Shown here: positions 1 through 14,276 of the stretch, piece by piece | Position numbering within the stretch: position 1 is the first letter of the stretch | Layout of the letters: the number at the start of each line of letters is the position of its first letter | Source: the human T2T-CHM13v2.0 reference genome, Homo sapiens | Direction: 5' to 3' (one strand) | Assembly (NCBI RefSeq): GCF_009914755.1 | Contig: NC_060934.1 | Length of the DNA: 64,000 nt | Program-made: the position numbers and the translations under genes | The notes under the pieces: model-generated | Databases searched by the model: none | The model's input: the letters and a program-made list of their open reading frames with translations, nothing else | What the model was told of the DNA's origin: nothing

Positions 1-899
1 CTTTTTGTCTATCTGTAAATTGACATTTGTTATGTTAATTTGTTTTTGCTTATTACAAGGATTATCTTTTATTTACAACAAAGCATTCACAGATTGCCGT
101 GACAGATTTGTCTTCAATCAAATCTCATAAACATTAATTGAATTATTGAAAGGAATTTGTAAATTATTGTGTTTTTTCTAAAATAGTAACATCAGCGTGT
201 ATATTACGTTAATTTTGTTTACAGTTTTTTGCTTCACATTAACTATATTTAACTGATTTTAACAGCCTTAGATAACTCCAAAACATCAATTACTTTACTT
301 GGATTTATTAATTCATTCAAAAAATATATATATAATGAGAATCTATTATTTGCCAGGCACTGGGCTAGGCAAAGGTAAGAGTGAATGGCAAAATCATGTT
401 CTCCCTGTTTTCCTGTAATATATTGTCTGGCTAAAGGCTGTGAAGGAAGAGTAATGTGAAGGAAGAGTATTCGAAGGATATAAGAAAAGGGATCACACAA
501 TTAACTGTATGTAGGCTGTTCTTAGGGAAGATTTCTTCTAGAGGTGGTACTTGGCCTTCAGTCAGAAGCATGATTTGATATTTGATGTTAACCAGGTAAT
601 TGAGGGGATAAGGTGCTTTCTCAGCAGAAAAGACATAGTAGGCAAAGTCTTTAAGTTAAAAGCATAGTGAAAGCTCAAAACTAAAAGGAGGCTTGGGTGT
701 CTGGACTCCAGAGACAGGAAGAGAGTTTATAGAGTCTAGCAGAGATAGCAGAGAAGACTTTATCTTTTTTTTTTCTTTTTTTTTTTTTCTGTAGCAAACA
801 TCTTTCCTGTGAAAAATTCCCTCTCCTAGTACTTTAGTTCTGTGGATCCAAAATTTATAGCATTCTTCTACCACCACAGGGGTGAGTATATAATAAAAA

Positions 900-1545
900 A
901 TGTCAGTTATTCGAGTATGTAAGAAACTTGAAAGTCATCACTCCCATCCTTACAACAAGAAAAATGCTGTACAGACTATCAACAACTCATTTTAGATCCA
1001 TTAGAGGACTGAGGTCACAGAAAAACTGCTGCCCCCACCCTAAATCCCCACTAAATTAGAGAGATGGGAAAATGCAAAGAATTATAGCCTAGTGGAGCAA
1101 AGGCCCAGGAGCCCCCACAGGAGTTAGTAATGGAGTAGAAAACTTTAATATGTAGTTGATTAATTTCTGGAAGCGCATTGTGGACAAGCTTGAGAGTTAA
1201 CTTTGAAAAATATATAACATGATAATACTAATTAAAAGAAAGCTGGATTAATATATTAATTTCCAACAAAAAGACTTCAGAGAAAGAACAATTATAGGGG
1301 GATACAAAGGGGTATTACATAGTAACAAAGGATTTAATTTTCCAAGAAAACGTAACAATCCTTAATGTGTTTGCATGTAACAGGCTGTCAAAACACATGA
1401 GGTGAAAACAGATAGAACTGCAGGAACAGACAGATAAATCCACTATGATACTTGGAGGTGTTAACACCTCTCTATCAATAATGAATAGAACCAGCAGGTG
1501 GAAAATCAGTAAGGGCATAGTTCAACTGAATAGCACCAAAATCAG
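900..1545 (+). mobile_element. Old L1 (L1M) fragments, including ORF2 endonuclease-region remnant
   Basis: Degenerate L1-like sequence (aaagctggattaatatattaatttc..., tcaataatgaatagaaccagcagg...aaaatcagtaagg). Confidence 0.65.
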
Positions 1546-3149
1546 TGAGTCCCAGTCTCTCTTCCTGGAAGTTGATTCTTTAGCAGGGACGTCAGGAGTA
1601 GAGTGATGTCCAGGCCATATTTAATAACAAATAAATCAGAGTCTGGACATGATATGTAGGCATTCGTTTCTTTAAAAAAAAATTGTCCCAGGTGATTCCA
1701 TTGTGAATCTAATGTTGAGAAGAAATATGCGCAGTGGTTTTCTTTGAATTCATTCTGCCTGAGATATCTAGAGTTGTTTTGGTTGTTGACATTGTTTTGT
1801 TTAGCAATTCATTCATTCAATTTTGTGAATTAACTTTCAAGAAATGCCTTTTCCTTGTTATAAAATTATTTTGTTTTATGTTATTATAATTTTTAAATTG
1901 TGATAAAAGTTGCTATCTCAATGTTGGTCAAAGGAAACAAAATTTCAGTTGACAGGAGAAATAAGTTTCAGAGATCTATTGTACATTATATAATAGCTCT
2001 ATAGTGATTGTAGTTATAGTGACTATGGAAATAGTGACTATAGTTAATAACAATAGTATATAATTTAAAATAACTTAAAAATTATTGAGAGTAGATTTTA
2101 ACTATTCTACATATTATTTTCTTTGTGATATGTGCATCTTCTGTCATCTTCCATGGGAAATTTGACATTGCAACCTCACCTGAGGCCATCACTTTTTCCT
2201 TGATGCTATGAACCATCCTGTCATGTGTTTGTACCATATCAGTAGTGAAACTGACAGTGCTCTGATAGGGGTATACTCTTTTATCCCAATCTATACCCCA
2301 ATACCCAATAGCCCAGTATTCTTAGAATCCAATTGTATTCATACTCTCCTGGATCATTTCTGTTCCTTTGTAATACAGTCCCTTTCTTCCCTTATAGGCT
2401 CATATGACATTAACAGACAAGACACTTTTCAGAAAGACAGGTAAGTCATTTGTTAAAATCTCACTACTCTTGTTTAACAGAAACATATATATGCATGTAT
2501 ATGTGTGTACTGTATGGAAAAAGTGGAATTAGAGTTTATCTAGAAAAGAAAAAATTACCTCATCTAAGTGCAGAAATGAATAATACGTAAACCATACCAT
2601 ACAATTGTCTCTATCATATTTCCACAGATAAGTCAAAAATTTTTAAAATCTTATTGTTCATGCATAAATGCAGAAAACAATACCTCTAGTATATGTTTGT
2701 GTTCTATTGTACTTTCACAGAACTGTTTGATACTTAATACTATGTTTATTAAGAAAAATCTTTGCAATGGTTATGGAATTAAAATTTCATGTAAAAATGA
2801 TTATGTAGATCAAGAAAAGTTGCAATTTTCTGGATTCCTGATATTTTAAATAAAAGTAGTTTCCAAAGGTGATTTTTTTATTATTTTAATTTTTAATGGA
2901 AATTTTCACAATATAACCATCCTATATAATTTTATTTTTCAGCTATTATTTTTGTCAACTCATTATTTATTAAGAAACAATGACTTTTAGATACTAATTT
3001 ATAATTCTTGTTATAATTAAAAATCAGAGTTCATTGAATAAAATATCTGATTTATGACTCCCTAAGTCAACATTAAATTATTTTATTGCTATATCATGTT
3101 TTTTGATGGTCATAACTCTAGGTTTATATAGTAATTTCACTCCTCTTTC

Positions 3150-3452
<303 letters not shown>

Positions 3453-6358
3453 TCACTCCACTTTCATTGGGGGGAGATTTGCAGTTAATTCCAATTTGAA
3501 TAATATCTTTGTAACTAAATTTATCACGAAGCTCAACATGACAATTTAGTATAGTTAATCTCCATTTCGTTTTACTTTTGCACAACTTTTCCAGTGAAGT
3601 GATCCTCTGAGATTAGGACTAGTTGAAATCGTAGGGCAAATATATAAATTGTTTAGAAGGAAGCCTTAAGATGCTTTAACTCATGCAATGAATTTGAACA
3701 TAGAAATGAGAGGAAAGCTTGGATAATTTTATAATGAAAGGCTAAGCATGTTTTCCCCTCAAGAGGAAAAATTTAAATTTCAAACTGAGTATTACTCAAA
3801 CATTAATCATTTAACTGTATAGCATGGGACATTTTGGGCATGGCAAATTCTAATGGAGGAGACTGCTAGAAATTCTCAGCCACACAGAAATCTGACTGCT
3901 TAATTTTGAAAGCTGCAGAGCTGTTAGAGCTGCAGAGCTGCTTCAATCTTTAAGGGAACTGTGGAAGTAAACCAGGGGTGACATGGATTATCAAATATTG
4001 TGGATCAGGTGAGCTCTAGGCTTCTCAATGCAAGGTAATTACCCTGCACTTTCATCTATTTTATAATATTGCCTTTATTTTTTTCCATGAAAGAGTTAGG
4101 TTTGGAAAAACAAGAAAAACACGGTTAAAATTATTTCTCTAGTGAATTGGTTGTGTTTATAAATCTTTAGCTTAGCTTGAGTCCCCCTTTGTGAAATGTA
4201 TAAATCCTTTTGATACATTAACAAACACTTGGAAAATGACTTAACTTATTAAGTTGAATTCTCTAATATAAGGGTTATAAGTGAAGGCTTAATTATTCAG
4301 CATTACTGAATTCAATATATCTGCCCTTTCAGTTTGCCTAGGGTGACAAATACATTTCCCATTACAGCTTGCCAATGTAACACAGCCTTATTTCATTTTT
4401 GTTGTAAATAGAATCACATTCTAATATGTTTTAGCTGAAAACAGCAAAGTATATATTCAACTACTTCCCAATAGGGAAAATTTTTAAAAAAAGTTATTTC
4501 TTTAGCCCAGAGCTTTATTTTCCTTTTACATAACAGAAAAATACTTGGTGTGAAATAAAACCTTCTTACACGTAATGAGACCCCATAGAATTTTAATGAA
4601 AGACAATTGAAGACCCATTTTTAAATAAGCCATTGGGAAGAATTAATATAATTAAGAATAGAAAAAAACTAGATAAAGTTACAAGAACAACCTAGGAACA
4701 TTTCTATATTTCTTCCTCATTTTCTGGAGTTTTAAAAGATGTTGAAACATTTTGACAGCTATAGAAAATGACCTAGGGACAAATATACTCTCTATTCCTG
4801 ACATAAAATGATATGCTTATTTTGTTTCTCATAAAACTCAGCATAAAACTATATACCTAATAGTTATTTAAAAGGAGTTCCTAAAAATAAATATATTCAT
4901 TATTAATATGTGACATGACTGAGTTACTTTTGAAAAACTACAAATTATTCAACATACTTTAACGTAGGATTTAGTATCAATATGGTATCCATTTCTTGAT
5001 TCTGTTTTTCATAGTGCACTTAAATATATATGTTAATACTTTTGAATAAGTGCATTATGCTATGAAATGTTTTAATGAGAAAAATGAATCTATACAAAGC
5101 AACTTCATTTATATTTTGTTCCTGTCATGTTACATTGCTGATATTTTGTATTATACTAGACGACTCATTTTTAAATACATAATTGTATATGAAGTTCTCA
5201 ATGTTAATGTCTGGAGGATACAGAATCAAAACAGAAGTTAAAAAATTAAAAGTAAACTATATTTTGCATATGAATAAGAATATTACAAATACCATATTTA
5301 TATACTATGTTTATATATCTTTACACTATGCCAAAAGGTATATATGGCAGATAGAGAAATAATATCTCTGCATAAACATAAAATCAAGATACGTAATATT
5401 TTAAAATGTTTTTCATTGAAGTGTAATTGACATAAACTGAACATATCCAGTGTATTTTTAAAGTTTTGGCATATTGGTACACGAGAAAACACCATGGCAA
5501 TCAAGATCATGAACATATTCACTTCCCTAAAGTTATTTTGTGTCTTTAGTAATCGCTTCTTCCCCTCTTCCCTACTCAATCTCCATGCAACTACTAATCT
5601 ATTTCTGATACTACAGAATGGTTTACACTTGGTAGAATTTTATGTAAATGGAGTCACACAAAATCTATTCTTTTTTGTCTGTCTTTTGCACTCAACATAA
5701 CTACTCTGACTTTCGCCTATGTTGATACTGGTAACAATAGTTCATTCTTTTTTTAATAGATTTTATTTTTAGAACAATTTTAGGTTTATAGTAGAAACTA
5801 ACAAAGCAGAGAGAATTTCCATACACTTTCTCCTACTCTCCATGTTCTTTATGATTAATATCTTGAATTAGTGTGGTACATTCGTTATAATTGATGCATC
5901 AGTATTGACATTATAAATGAAAGTCCATAAATTAGTTTTATATTAGCGTTCACTCTTGACATTATACATTTCATGCGTTTGGACAAATGCATATGTCATG
6001 TAACCACTACTACAATATTATAAGAATAGTTTTACTTTCTTAAAAATTTCTGTGCTTGATTTATTCATCCCTTCCCTTGGAGACTACTGGAAATTCTGAT
6101 CTTTTTACAGTTTTTCCCTTTTTAAGAATGTTGTATCATTGGAATTATACAGTATACAGCCTTTTCAGATTAGCTTCTTTCACTAAGTTGTAGGCATTTT
6201 AGGTTCTTGCATGTTTTGTATGGTTTGATAGCTTATTTTTTAATCACTGAATATCCCATTTTATAGATATGCTAGTTTATTGAACCATTACTCACCTGTT
6301 GGCGGCATCTGGTAGCTACCAAGTTTTGTTATGAGAAAAGCTATTTTAAGGAGTCATG

Positions 6359-6442
6359 TGACTCATTTGGATAGGAATGAAGTTTTTTTGACTCATTTGG
6401 ATAGGAGTGAAATATTTTTGACTCATTTGGATAGGAGTGAAG
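6359..6442 (+). repeat. 30-bp tandem repeat, ~2.8 copies, each with TGACTCA
   Basis: tgactcatttggatagga(a/g)tgaa starting at 6359, 6389 and 6419. Confidence 0.95.
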
Positions 6443-7061
6443 TTACTGGTCCATGTGGTAAGACTACATTTAACTTTGTAAGAAACTGCAAAGCTATCTT
6501 CTAACGTGGCTGTGCCATTTTGCATTCCCACAAGCAACAAATGAGAGTTTCCCTTGCTCTTTATCTTCAACACAATTTAGTGTTTTCAGTGTTCTGGATT
6601 TTAGCCATTTTAGTAGGCATGCGGTGGTATCTCGTTCGAATGAGCGATTCTCTAATAATACATGATGTTGAGCATATTTCATTCGCTTATTTGCCATCAA
6701 TATATTTTCCTCAGTGAAATGTCTGTTCAGATCTGCCCATTTTTTAACTGGATTATTTATCTTTTTTTTTCTTTTTGAGTTTCAAGAGTTCTGTGGCGTG
6801 CTCATACCAGTTCTTTATTGGATACATGTTTTGTAAATATTGTCTCCCAGTCTTGGCTTGTTTTTTAAATATTAACTATGACTTTCTTAGAGCAGAAGTT
6901 TTAATTTTTATTAAATTCAACTTATAACATTCTTCTATAGTCTCACATTTTTATATTTAAATCTATTATCCATTCTTGTACATTGTGTATACACAGTGTC
7001 TACATTCTTTTTTTTGGATGTGGATGTCCAACTGTTCCAGTACCGTTTGTTGAAAATATGG

Positions 7062-7064
<3 letters not shown>

Positions 7065-7104
<40 letters not shown>
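7065..7104 (+). repeat. (TG)n microsatellite
   Basis: Pure TG run of ~19 units. Confidence 0.95.
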
Positions 7105-7105
<1 letters not shown>

Positions 7106-8406
7106 TTATATCTCACGTTATGAGTATACAGTGTTTGGTTTATTTATTCACCCATTGATAAACTTTGGGTTGTTTACAGTTTAGTGTTAGTATAAATAAG
7201 TTTGTCATGGCCACTTGCAAACACATTCTTGTATGTATATACGCTATACTGTTTTCTGCTTAAAGAGCAACAGTAGAATAAGTAGGTAAAATGATGGGGG
7301 TCTATTTAACTTTGTAAGAAACAGTCCATTTTTTTTTCCCAGAGTGGCTGTATCATTTTACTTTCCTACCATCAGTATTTGAGAATTACAGTTGTTCTAA
7401 ATCATCACCAACACACAAGATGATGAGTATTTTTAATTGTATTTATTCTAGTAGGTGTGGAATGGCATCTCATTTAATTTGTATTTCTCTAATGGCTAAA
7501 GATATTGAACATCTTTTGATGTGATTATTTGCTGTCTCTGAATTTCCTCTGGCAAAGTATGTGTTCAAGTATATTCTTTTCCTTATTGTTTATTATTGGT
7601 CTGTAATTTTCCTTATAATTGAGTTTACATATTTTGGATACACATTCTTTATCAGATATAATTTGGAAATGTCTATTCCTAGTTTGAGGCATATAGGGTA
7701 GAAATACAGAATTTTTTGTTTTTATGAAGTCATATCTATTGTTGTTGTAACTGGTTTTTTTGTTTGTTCTCTAGGTTGTTCTTTTGGGCCACATCTAAGA
7801 AATCTTTGTCTAGCCAAAAGCCACAAATAATTTCTCATTTTTTGGCTTCTGGAAGATGTACAGTTAAATGTTATATTTGGGACTGTTATCTAATTTGGTT
7901 AAATTGCACTCTACAATATGGTATTTGAATTGATGAAAAATTAGTAAATGTTAATATTTTTTAAAGTAGCCAAATCTTGCAATTTATATATAATAGAGAA
8001 GACTAGAAAATCCCCCATATTTATTTCCTCTTACTTCGTACTACTAAAATTTGTATTTAGGCATTTGGTTTCTCAGATAAACATTACATTCCCCAGTATA
8101 TGGTTCTATCTGGCTTGGTGACGACATGTTGAACATTAAGATGTGAGCAGAAGTAATACATACACACTCTTTTTCATGTCTTTAATTGAATGGGATATTG
8201 GCCCATTTTTTCTTCCAGTTTATTACACTGAATATTGACATGTTATTTTCCAATATTGAGACAATCAATGACAAGACTTTAAGAGTAACAATGTAAAAAT
8301 ACAGAAGTTGTCTGAGTTTATCAACAATCCCCTGGATTAGAACCCCCTACCAGTTCTAGGTCATCTAATATATAGACATTGTGTTCAGTAGAAATAAATA
8401 TATATA

Positions 8407-8630
8407 TTTTTTATTATGCTTTAAGTTCTAGGATACATGTGCACAACATGCAGTTTTGTTACATTGGTATACACGTGCCATGTTGGTTTGCTGCACCCAT
8501 TAACTCATCATTTACATTAGGTATTTCTCCTAATGCTATCCCTCCCCCTGCCCCCACCCCCGACAGGCCCTGGGGTGTGATTTTCCCCACCCTGTGTCCA
8601 AGTGTTCTCATTGCTCAATTCCCACCTATG
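8407..8630 (-). mobile_element. L1PA 3'-end fragment
   Basis: ttattatgctttaagttctaggatacatgtgcacaacatgcag...cattgctcaattcccacctatg matches the antisense primate L1 3'UTR. Confidence 0.9.
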
Positions 8631-10521
8631 GGAATACATTTTTAAATCATTTTTAAAGGTGTTATTACATTCTGATTGAACATTTTCAGAAAGAATAAAT
8701 AATTTAATACAAGAAGTGGGCCACTTCATGTAACAAAACAAACCACCACTACAGCAACAACAACAAAAAACACTAATGAATGTGACTTTAGCTTTGCAAC
8801 ATCGTGACAGACTAGCAAGTTAATGACATTTGTTATGCCATAGAAAATATTTGTTGAATTGCCACTCTAATGACTTTATATCAGCCAACTCATTATCAAC
8901 ACTAGAAAAGATGATTAAAAAATACTTCAGTACGTTCACGTGTTGGCTTGTTAACATTTTTAAGAGTCTATAAGAGAAAAATGCATCCAATCTTGACAAA
9001 AATATTTTTCAAGTATCTTGTAGGTACGTACAACTAACTACCTTGTGAACAAAAGTCACTATATAATTATATAATTTCTGACACTTAAAAAAGTTTATTG
9101 TGCTAAAGAAGATATATGTTCTAATACCAAATCCACATATAAAATAATTGACTTAAATAATTTAAGATGCTCTTTTATATATTTATATTAAAAACTTTAC
9201 AGAGAATAAAAAAAGCATTATACAGGCTACTTATGGTTTTTGATGTTTGGATCTACAATACATGTATCAAAGATTGTGGAAATAAATCAAACAATATATT
9301 CAATTGGACTTAATTGCATTATTACATGCCAAGTGTCGTATACCATCTATTTGCACATAACACTTTTTAATTTAGGTAAAATTATTATCATAAAGCTACA
9401 TGAATTTATTTTATTCCATGTTATTATTTATGTATTGTTAGGAACATTTGCTTAAAAATCATATTTGGACATAGTTAGTATCAGATACTTTACATCCTTT
9501 GAATCAGTTATTTTATAACAGTATATACTAAACATCATTACTCCTTTTCAAACATAAATAACGCAATACAAATTGGACAAAAAATTCAGGAAAGATCTGG
9601 GATCAAAAAGGAGGTATTGAAACATCACATGTACTCCATAATTATATACAAATATTTTGTACCCATAATATTTAAAATACAGAAAATTAAAAGGTGCATT
9701 TTCCTCAAAGTGCATGCTTCTTTTGCTATGCAAAACTGCAAGATATGGAAAGAAGTGTATTAAAACACTAAATCACTTTATGTGGAAGATAAAAGGGATG
9801 GTACCCAATGTAAGACTTCATGTAGTGCACTGATACATTCAATACAAATGATGTATTAACTTCAAGATAACATGAGAAAGTTAAATTATCTAACTTATTT
9901 CAAACTAGGGGATAGTATGTTCTCATTATTAGAAGCCAGAATTCTGCTTATCCATTTCTATTATTAGAAAAAAACATAATTTTTATTCTTGTCTTAAAAA
10001 TAGACACCATGATATCATTCTCTGTAAATGCAGCATGATAGTCTGTTTACAGAGTTTATATCATTCCAAGACTGCACTTCTAAAGTGAGAAAATATTAAA
10101 GGATATAAACTCACTCCTCTCTACAAAATTCCTTATTTTTTATGCAATGGCTTTAAAATGTATGGAAGGGGAGTTATGGAAACAATCCATACCTGGAAAG
10201 CATTCTATCCATGCCTTTGAAATGGTTATCTAGTACTAGATTCTTATCAGTGCCTAGCTATGTAATGTGTGTAGCTTAAGATTTTTAAGAAAGAAGGATA
10301 AAATGCTCAATATAAATTTAAAAAGCACTTTTATTGGAATATTGAATCATATATTTGCTTTCTGTAAGTCCTTTTATCTATAAAATAATAGTTGAGAAAG
10401 GCAAATAGAATATGTGGAGGAATTAAAAATTCAGTTGTAGGGTGGTAAATGAAAACCAAATTTTTCATTCACCACATTAAATGTAAATGGGTATTATACT
10501 CAATTTAAGCAGCAAAGTTGC

Positions 10522-10657
10522 TTTTTTTTTTTTTTTTTTTTTTGAGACAGAGACTCACACTGTCGCCCGGGCTGGAGTACAATGTTGCCATCTCGCTTCA
10601 CTGCAACCCCTGCCTGCTGGGTTCAAGCCATTCTCCTGCCGCAGCCTCCCGTGTAGC
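10522..10657 (-). mobile_element. Truncated Alu (3' part)
   Basis: Poly-T, then gagacagagactcacactgtcgcccgggctggag..., stopping at gtagct. Confidence 0.9.
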
Positions 10658-10739
10658 TTCTTAAGATGTGAAGATTTTTAAATTAAGATGACTCTTGGGA
10701 TGAACCATCTTGTGTTGGTTAAAGACTTTTACTGACATA

Positions 10740-11135
10740 TTTTTAATAATTTTTTTAACTTTTATTTTCAGGTCAATGGCACATGCGTAGGTTTGTTATG
10801 TAGGTAAACTAGTGTCACAGGGATTTGTTGTGCAGATTATTTCACCACCCAGCTATTAAGCCTAGTACCCATTAATTGTTTTTCCTGATCTTCTGCTTCC
10901 TCCCACCATCCACCCTCCCAGAGGCCCCAGTGTCTGTTGTTTCCCTCTATGTGTTCATGTGTTCTCATAATTTAGCTCCCATTTGTAAATGAGAACATGC
11001 AGTATTTGGTTTTCTGTTCCTGCATTAGTTTGTTAAGGATAAAGACCTCCATCCAGCTCCATCCATGTTCCTGCAAAGGACTTGATCTCACTCTCTTTTA
11101 TGGCTGCCTAACATTCCATGGTGTATATGAACCAC
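10740..11135 (-). mobile_element. L1PA/PB 3'-end fragment
   Basis: gtacccattaattgtttttcctgatc...gagaacatgcagtatttggttttctgttcctgcattagtttg. Confidence 0.85.
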
Positions 11136-11224
11136 AAAATAAAGATGGTTCTTAACTTTTAAATTAAGATTTTTAAATTAAGATGAATCTTGATTTTTAA
11201 ATTAGTATGGTTTTAAGATAGTTT

Positions 11225-11725
11225 TACAGATAGATTAGATAATCTATCTAGAGATAGACAGGGAGAGATATCTATCAATACATATCTCTATCTAGATATA
11301 GATAGATGGTTTTCTATATAGACCTATCTATCTATATATGTATACATCTATATATGTCTACACATATCTCTATACACATATATATATTTATATCTACATC
11401 TATATTTCTACATGTATATAGGTATGTATATATCTACATGTATATATGTATATAGATAGATATATACATAGGTATCTGTATATATGCATATACATGCCTA
11501 TCTTTATCTACATGTATATAGATATCATATACACACATAGATATATATATATATCGGCATGTAGATATTTATGTAGATATACATATATAGATATCTGCAT
11601 ATATACATTTGTATATATAGACATAGATATAAATATTAATATATCTATATATGTATATAAATACATATACATATCTGTATCTGTAGAAGATATCTACTAT
11701 CTTCTATCTATATATCTATCTATAG
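11225..11725. repeat. Degenerate (TA/TAGA/TACA)n low-complexity tract
   Basis: About 500 bp of alternating tatata/tagata/tacata. Confidence 0.9.
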
Positions 11726-11759
11726 AACCATCTTAATTTAAAAACCTTTCATATATGCA

Positions 11760-12232
11760 TATAAAAGGTAATCAAACACAAGCCAAATGAAAATTTGTTT
11801 AGCTATGTTAATATCAGACAAAAGAGATTTTAAGGCAGAAATTATTACTTGAAAGGAAGATGTATCCATCATCCATATAAAAGAATCAACTATTGAGGAA
11901 GTTGTCAAACTTGTGTATGTATATTCACTCACACACAGTTAACACACATTTACAATTTTTATAGAACTAAAAGGAGCAATAGCCGCGTCTTCAATCATAA
12001 AGACTTTAATATACCTTTTTCAATAACTGATAGCAAAAAGGATACAAAATATCAATAATAATAGAAAAATTTAAAGCAGTAGGATTAAATACTTTGATAT
12101 AAAAACTGCACCCAAAAATAGCAAAACACACAATTTATTATAATGTATTTGGAACGTGTTTCAAAATTTACCATAGCTATCTATAGATATCTCTGTCTAT
12201 CTAGGTAGATAGATAATAGATAGGTAGGTAGG

Positions 12233-12275
<43 letters not shown>

Positions 12276-13985
12276 GTTAGATAGACAGATATAGGCTGAG
12301 GTTAGGCCCAAAACAAGAATCAATAAATACCAAAAATTTGAAATCCTTGACAGTGTTTTTTGTACAACAATGTTATTAAGCTGCAAATCTATAGCAAGAC
12401 TTTGAAAGTGACCAAATGTTTAGAAATTAAGCATCACATTTCTAAGTTATTCATGGATCGAAAAAGTAATTACAGTGAATATTAAAATATATTTTGAATT
12501 TAATAAAAACGAAAGTAAAAATACTGCTTGTTAAAAGATGGGAGGCTTAGGCAAACCTCAGCTTGGAGATAAATGCATATGCTTACATAAATATGTTTAA
12601 AAAATTAAAGCTTGAAAATTAATAATCTAATTGTCAATTTCAAAAATTTAAAATGTGATGTCAAATTAAATCCAAAGAATTAGAAAAGAGAAGATACATA
12701 AGAAGCATGAGAAAAGGAAACAATCATAAAATAAATGAAATTAGCAAAAGCCAAAGTTACTTTGAAAAGACTGATAAAAATATACCATGATTATGCATGA
12801 AATTTAAAAAAAAGAGTATCCACAAATTCTAAATATCATGAATAATAACAAGGAAATCATTATAGATTCTATAGTCATGGGAGAGAAAAAGAGAATGTAA
12901 TAAGTAACTTTAAGTCAAAAATTTTGAAATAATTTGATGAAATAGATACATTTCTAGAAAATCATTAATAGTGACACAAGAATAAATAGCAAATCCTAAT
13001 AGCTCTATATCTATTAAAAATAAAATTACAATTAAAGCTTTCCAAATGTAGTGAGTCTAAATCAAATAAAATATTAAAAATCTGAAATGTTTCCAGGAAG
13101 AAACATTGAATTCCTAATATAAAATGTAACATATCATATGCAATCCCTTTACTGAAAATTGTGAAATTTTACTGAGAGAAATTAAAGATATTCAACAGAA
13201 ATAAAGGTGTACTGTGTTCCTATGTCATTCCTGGTATTAGAAGAAAGATTCAGTATTTTAAATAAATCTATATTTGTAATACACTGAAAATCACAATACT
13301 GTGATTAGTAATAGCATAATTTGTCTGCATTATATTTGGTGGCAACTGAAAAACTGACTATAAAATGCAAATAAAAATGCAGTGTATAGATAACTTTGAA
13401 GAAAAAATATAATGTGAAGACTTACACTATTAGATATAAAGTTTTTATAAATGTATATTAATTATGACATTATGGAAAAGGTGCAAGTATAGATATTTCA
13501 ATGAAACAGAATAGAGAGCTCGTAAAGAGAACCACACAATATATTTAGCTGATTTGTGAAAAAAATAGTGCTTCAGTACAATGAGGAAAAGATTCATTTT
13601 CAATAAATTGTGCTGTCTTTCATACATCGGTACAGATAAAAATGAATATTAACATCCAACCTCACAACATACACAAAAATTATTTCATATAGAAGCCAAT
13701 GTGTAACATAAAACAGTACAGTTTTTAAAAAGTAATACAGAGGACACTTCTATGACCTTAAGATTTTAAAAAAGACTCAAAAAGTAACGATTGAAGGCTA
13801 ATAAATAAGATAAATAAGTTAATAAATAGTAATAAAATAACATAAAAAATAAGGATTTGTAATCATAAAATAACTCACTGAGAGTGAAAAGGCAAGCAAC
13901 AGAATGGGAAATGAAATTTGCAAACATAAATACAATAAGAACTCTTGATCAAAAGATACTTTTTAAACTCTACAAATGAATTTTT
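11760..13985 (+). mobile_element. Highly degenerate L1M ORF2 remnant
   Basis: A-rich sequence with L1 ORF2 landmarks (atttgatgaaatagatacatttctagaaa, caatgaaacagaatagagag, gagagtgaaaaggcaagc). Confidence 0.75.
12200..12292 (+). repeat. (GATA)n/(GGTA)n tetranucleotide STR
   Basis: taggtaggtaggtagatagatagata... run. Confidence 0.92.
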
Positions 13986-14000
13986 TGAAAAAAAAAATAT

Positions 14001-14274
14001 GGCCAGGTACAGTGGCTCACGCCATTAATCCCAGCACTTTGGGAGGAACACTTGAGCCCGAGAATTTGAGACTTGTCTGGGCAACACAATGAGAGACCTC
14101 TGCCTCTACAAAAAATTTAAAAGATTAGCCAGGCATGGTGGCCGTGGCCTGTAGTCCTAGCTACTCCTAAGTAGCTAGGCTCTTTTGAGTCTGGGAGGTC
14201 AAGGATGCAGTGAGCTCTGAGCAACTGCTGCACTCCAGCCTGGGTGACAGAGTCAGAACCATCTCCAAAAAAAA
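14001..14274 (+). mobile_element. AluJ with internal deletion
   Basis: ggccaggtacagtggctcacgcc...cttgagcccgagaatttgagac...ggtcaaggatgcagtgagc. Its tail abuts the BEND3 pseudogene. Confidence 0.88.
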
Positions 14275-14276
14275 TT

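Larger units (their letters stand above)
5410..7900 (-). mobile_element. Nested old L1M (MB/MC-type) 3' fragments
   Basis: Antisense L1 3' motifs (gtgtaattgacata, ccattttgcattcccac, gatgttgagcat, ttatcagatata). Confidence 0.75.

Noticed and set aside
6359-6442. 30-bp repeats resembling a CRISPR array
   Set aside because: Head-to-tail tandem copies without unique spacers, in primate DNA with no cas genes.
11446-11736. Y/I-rich ORF, and T/H-rich ORFs in 20300-31400
   Set aside because: Translations of low-complexity repeats.
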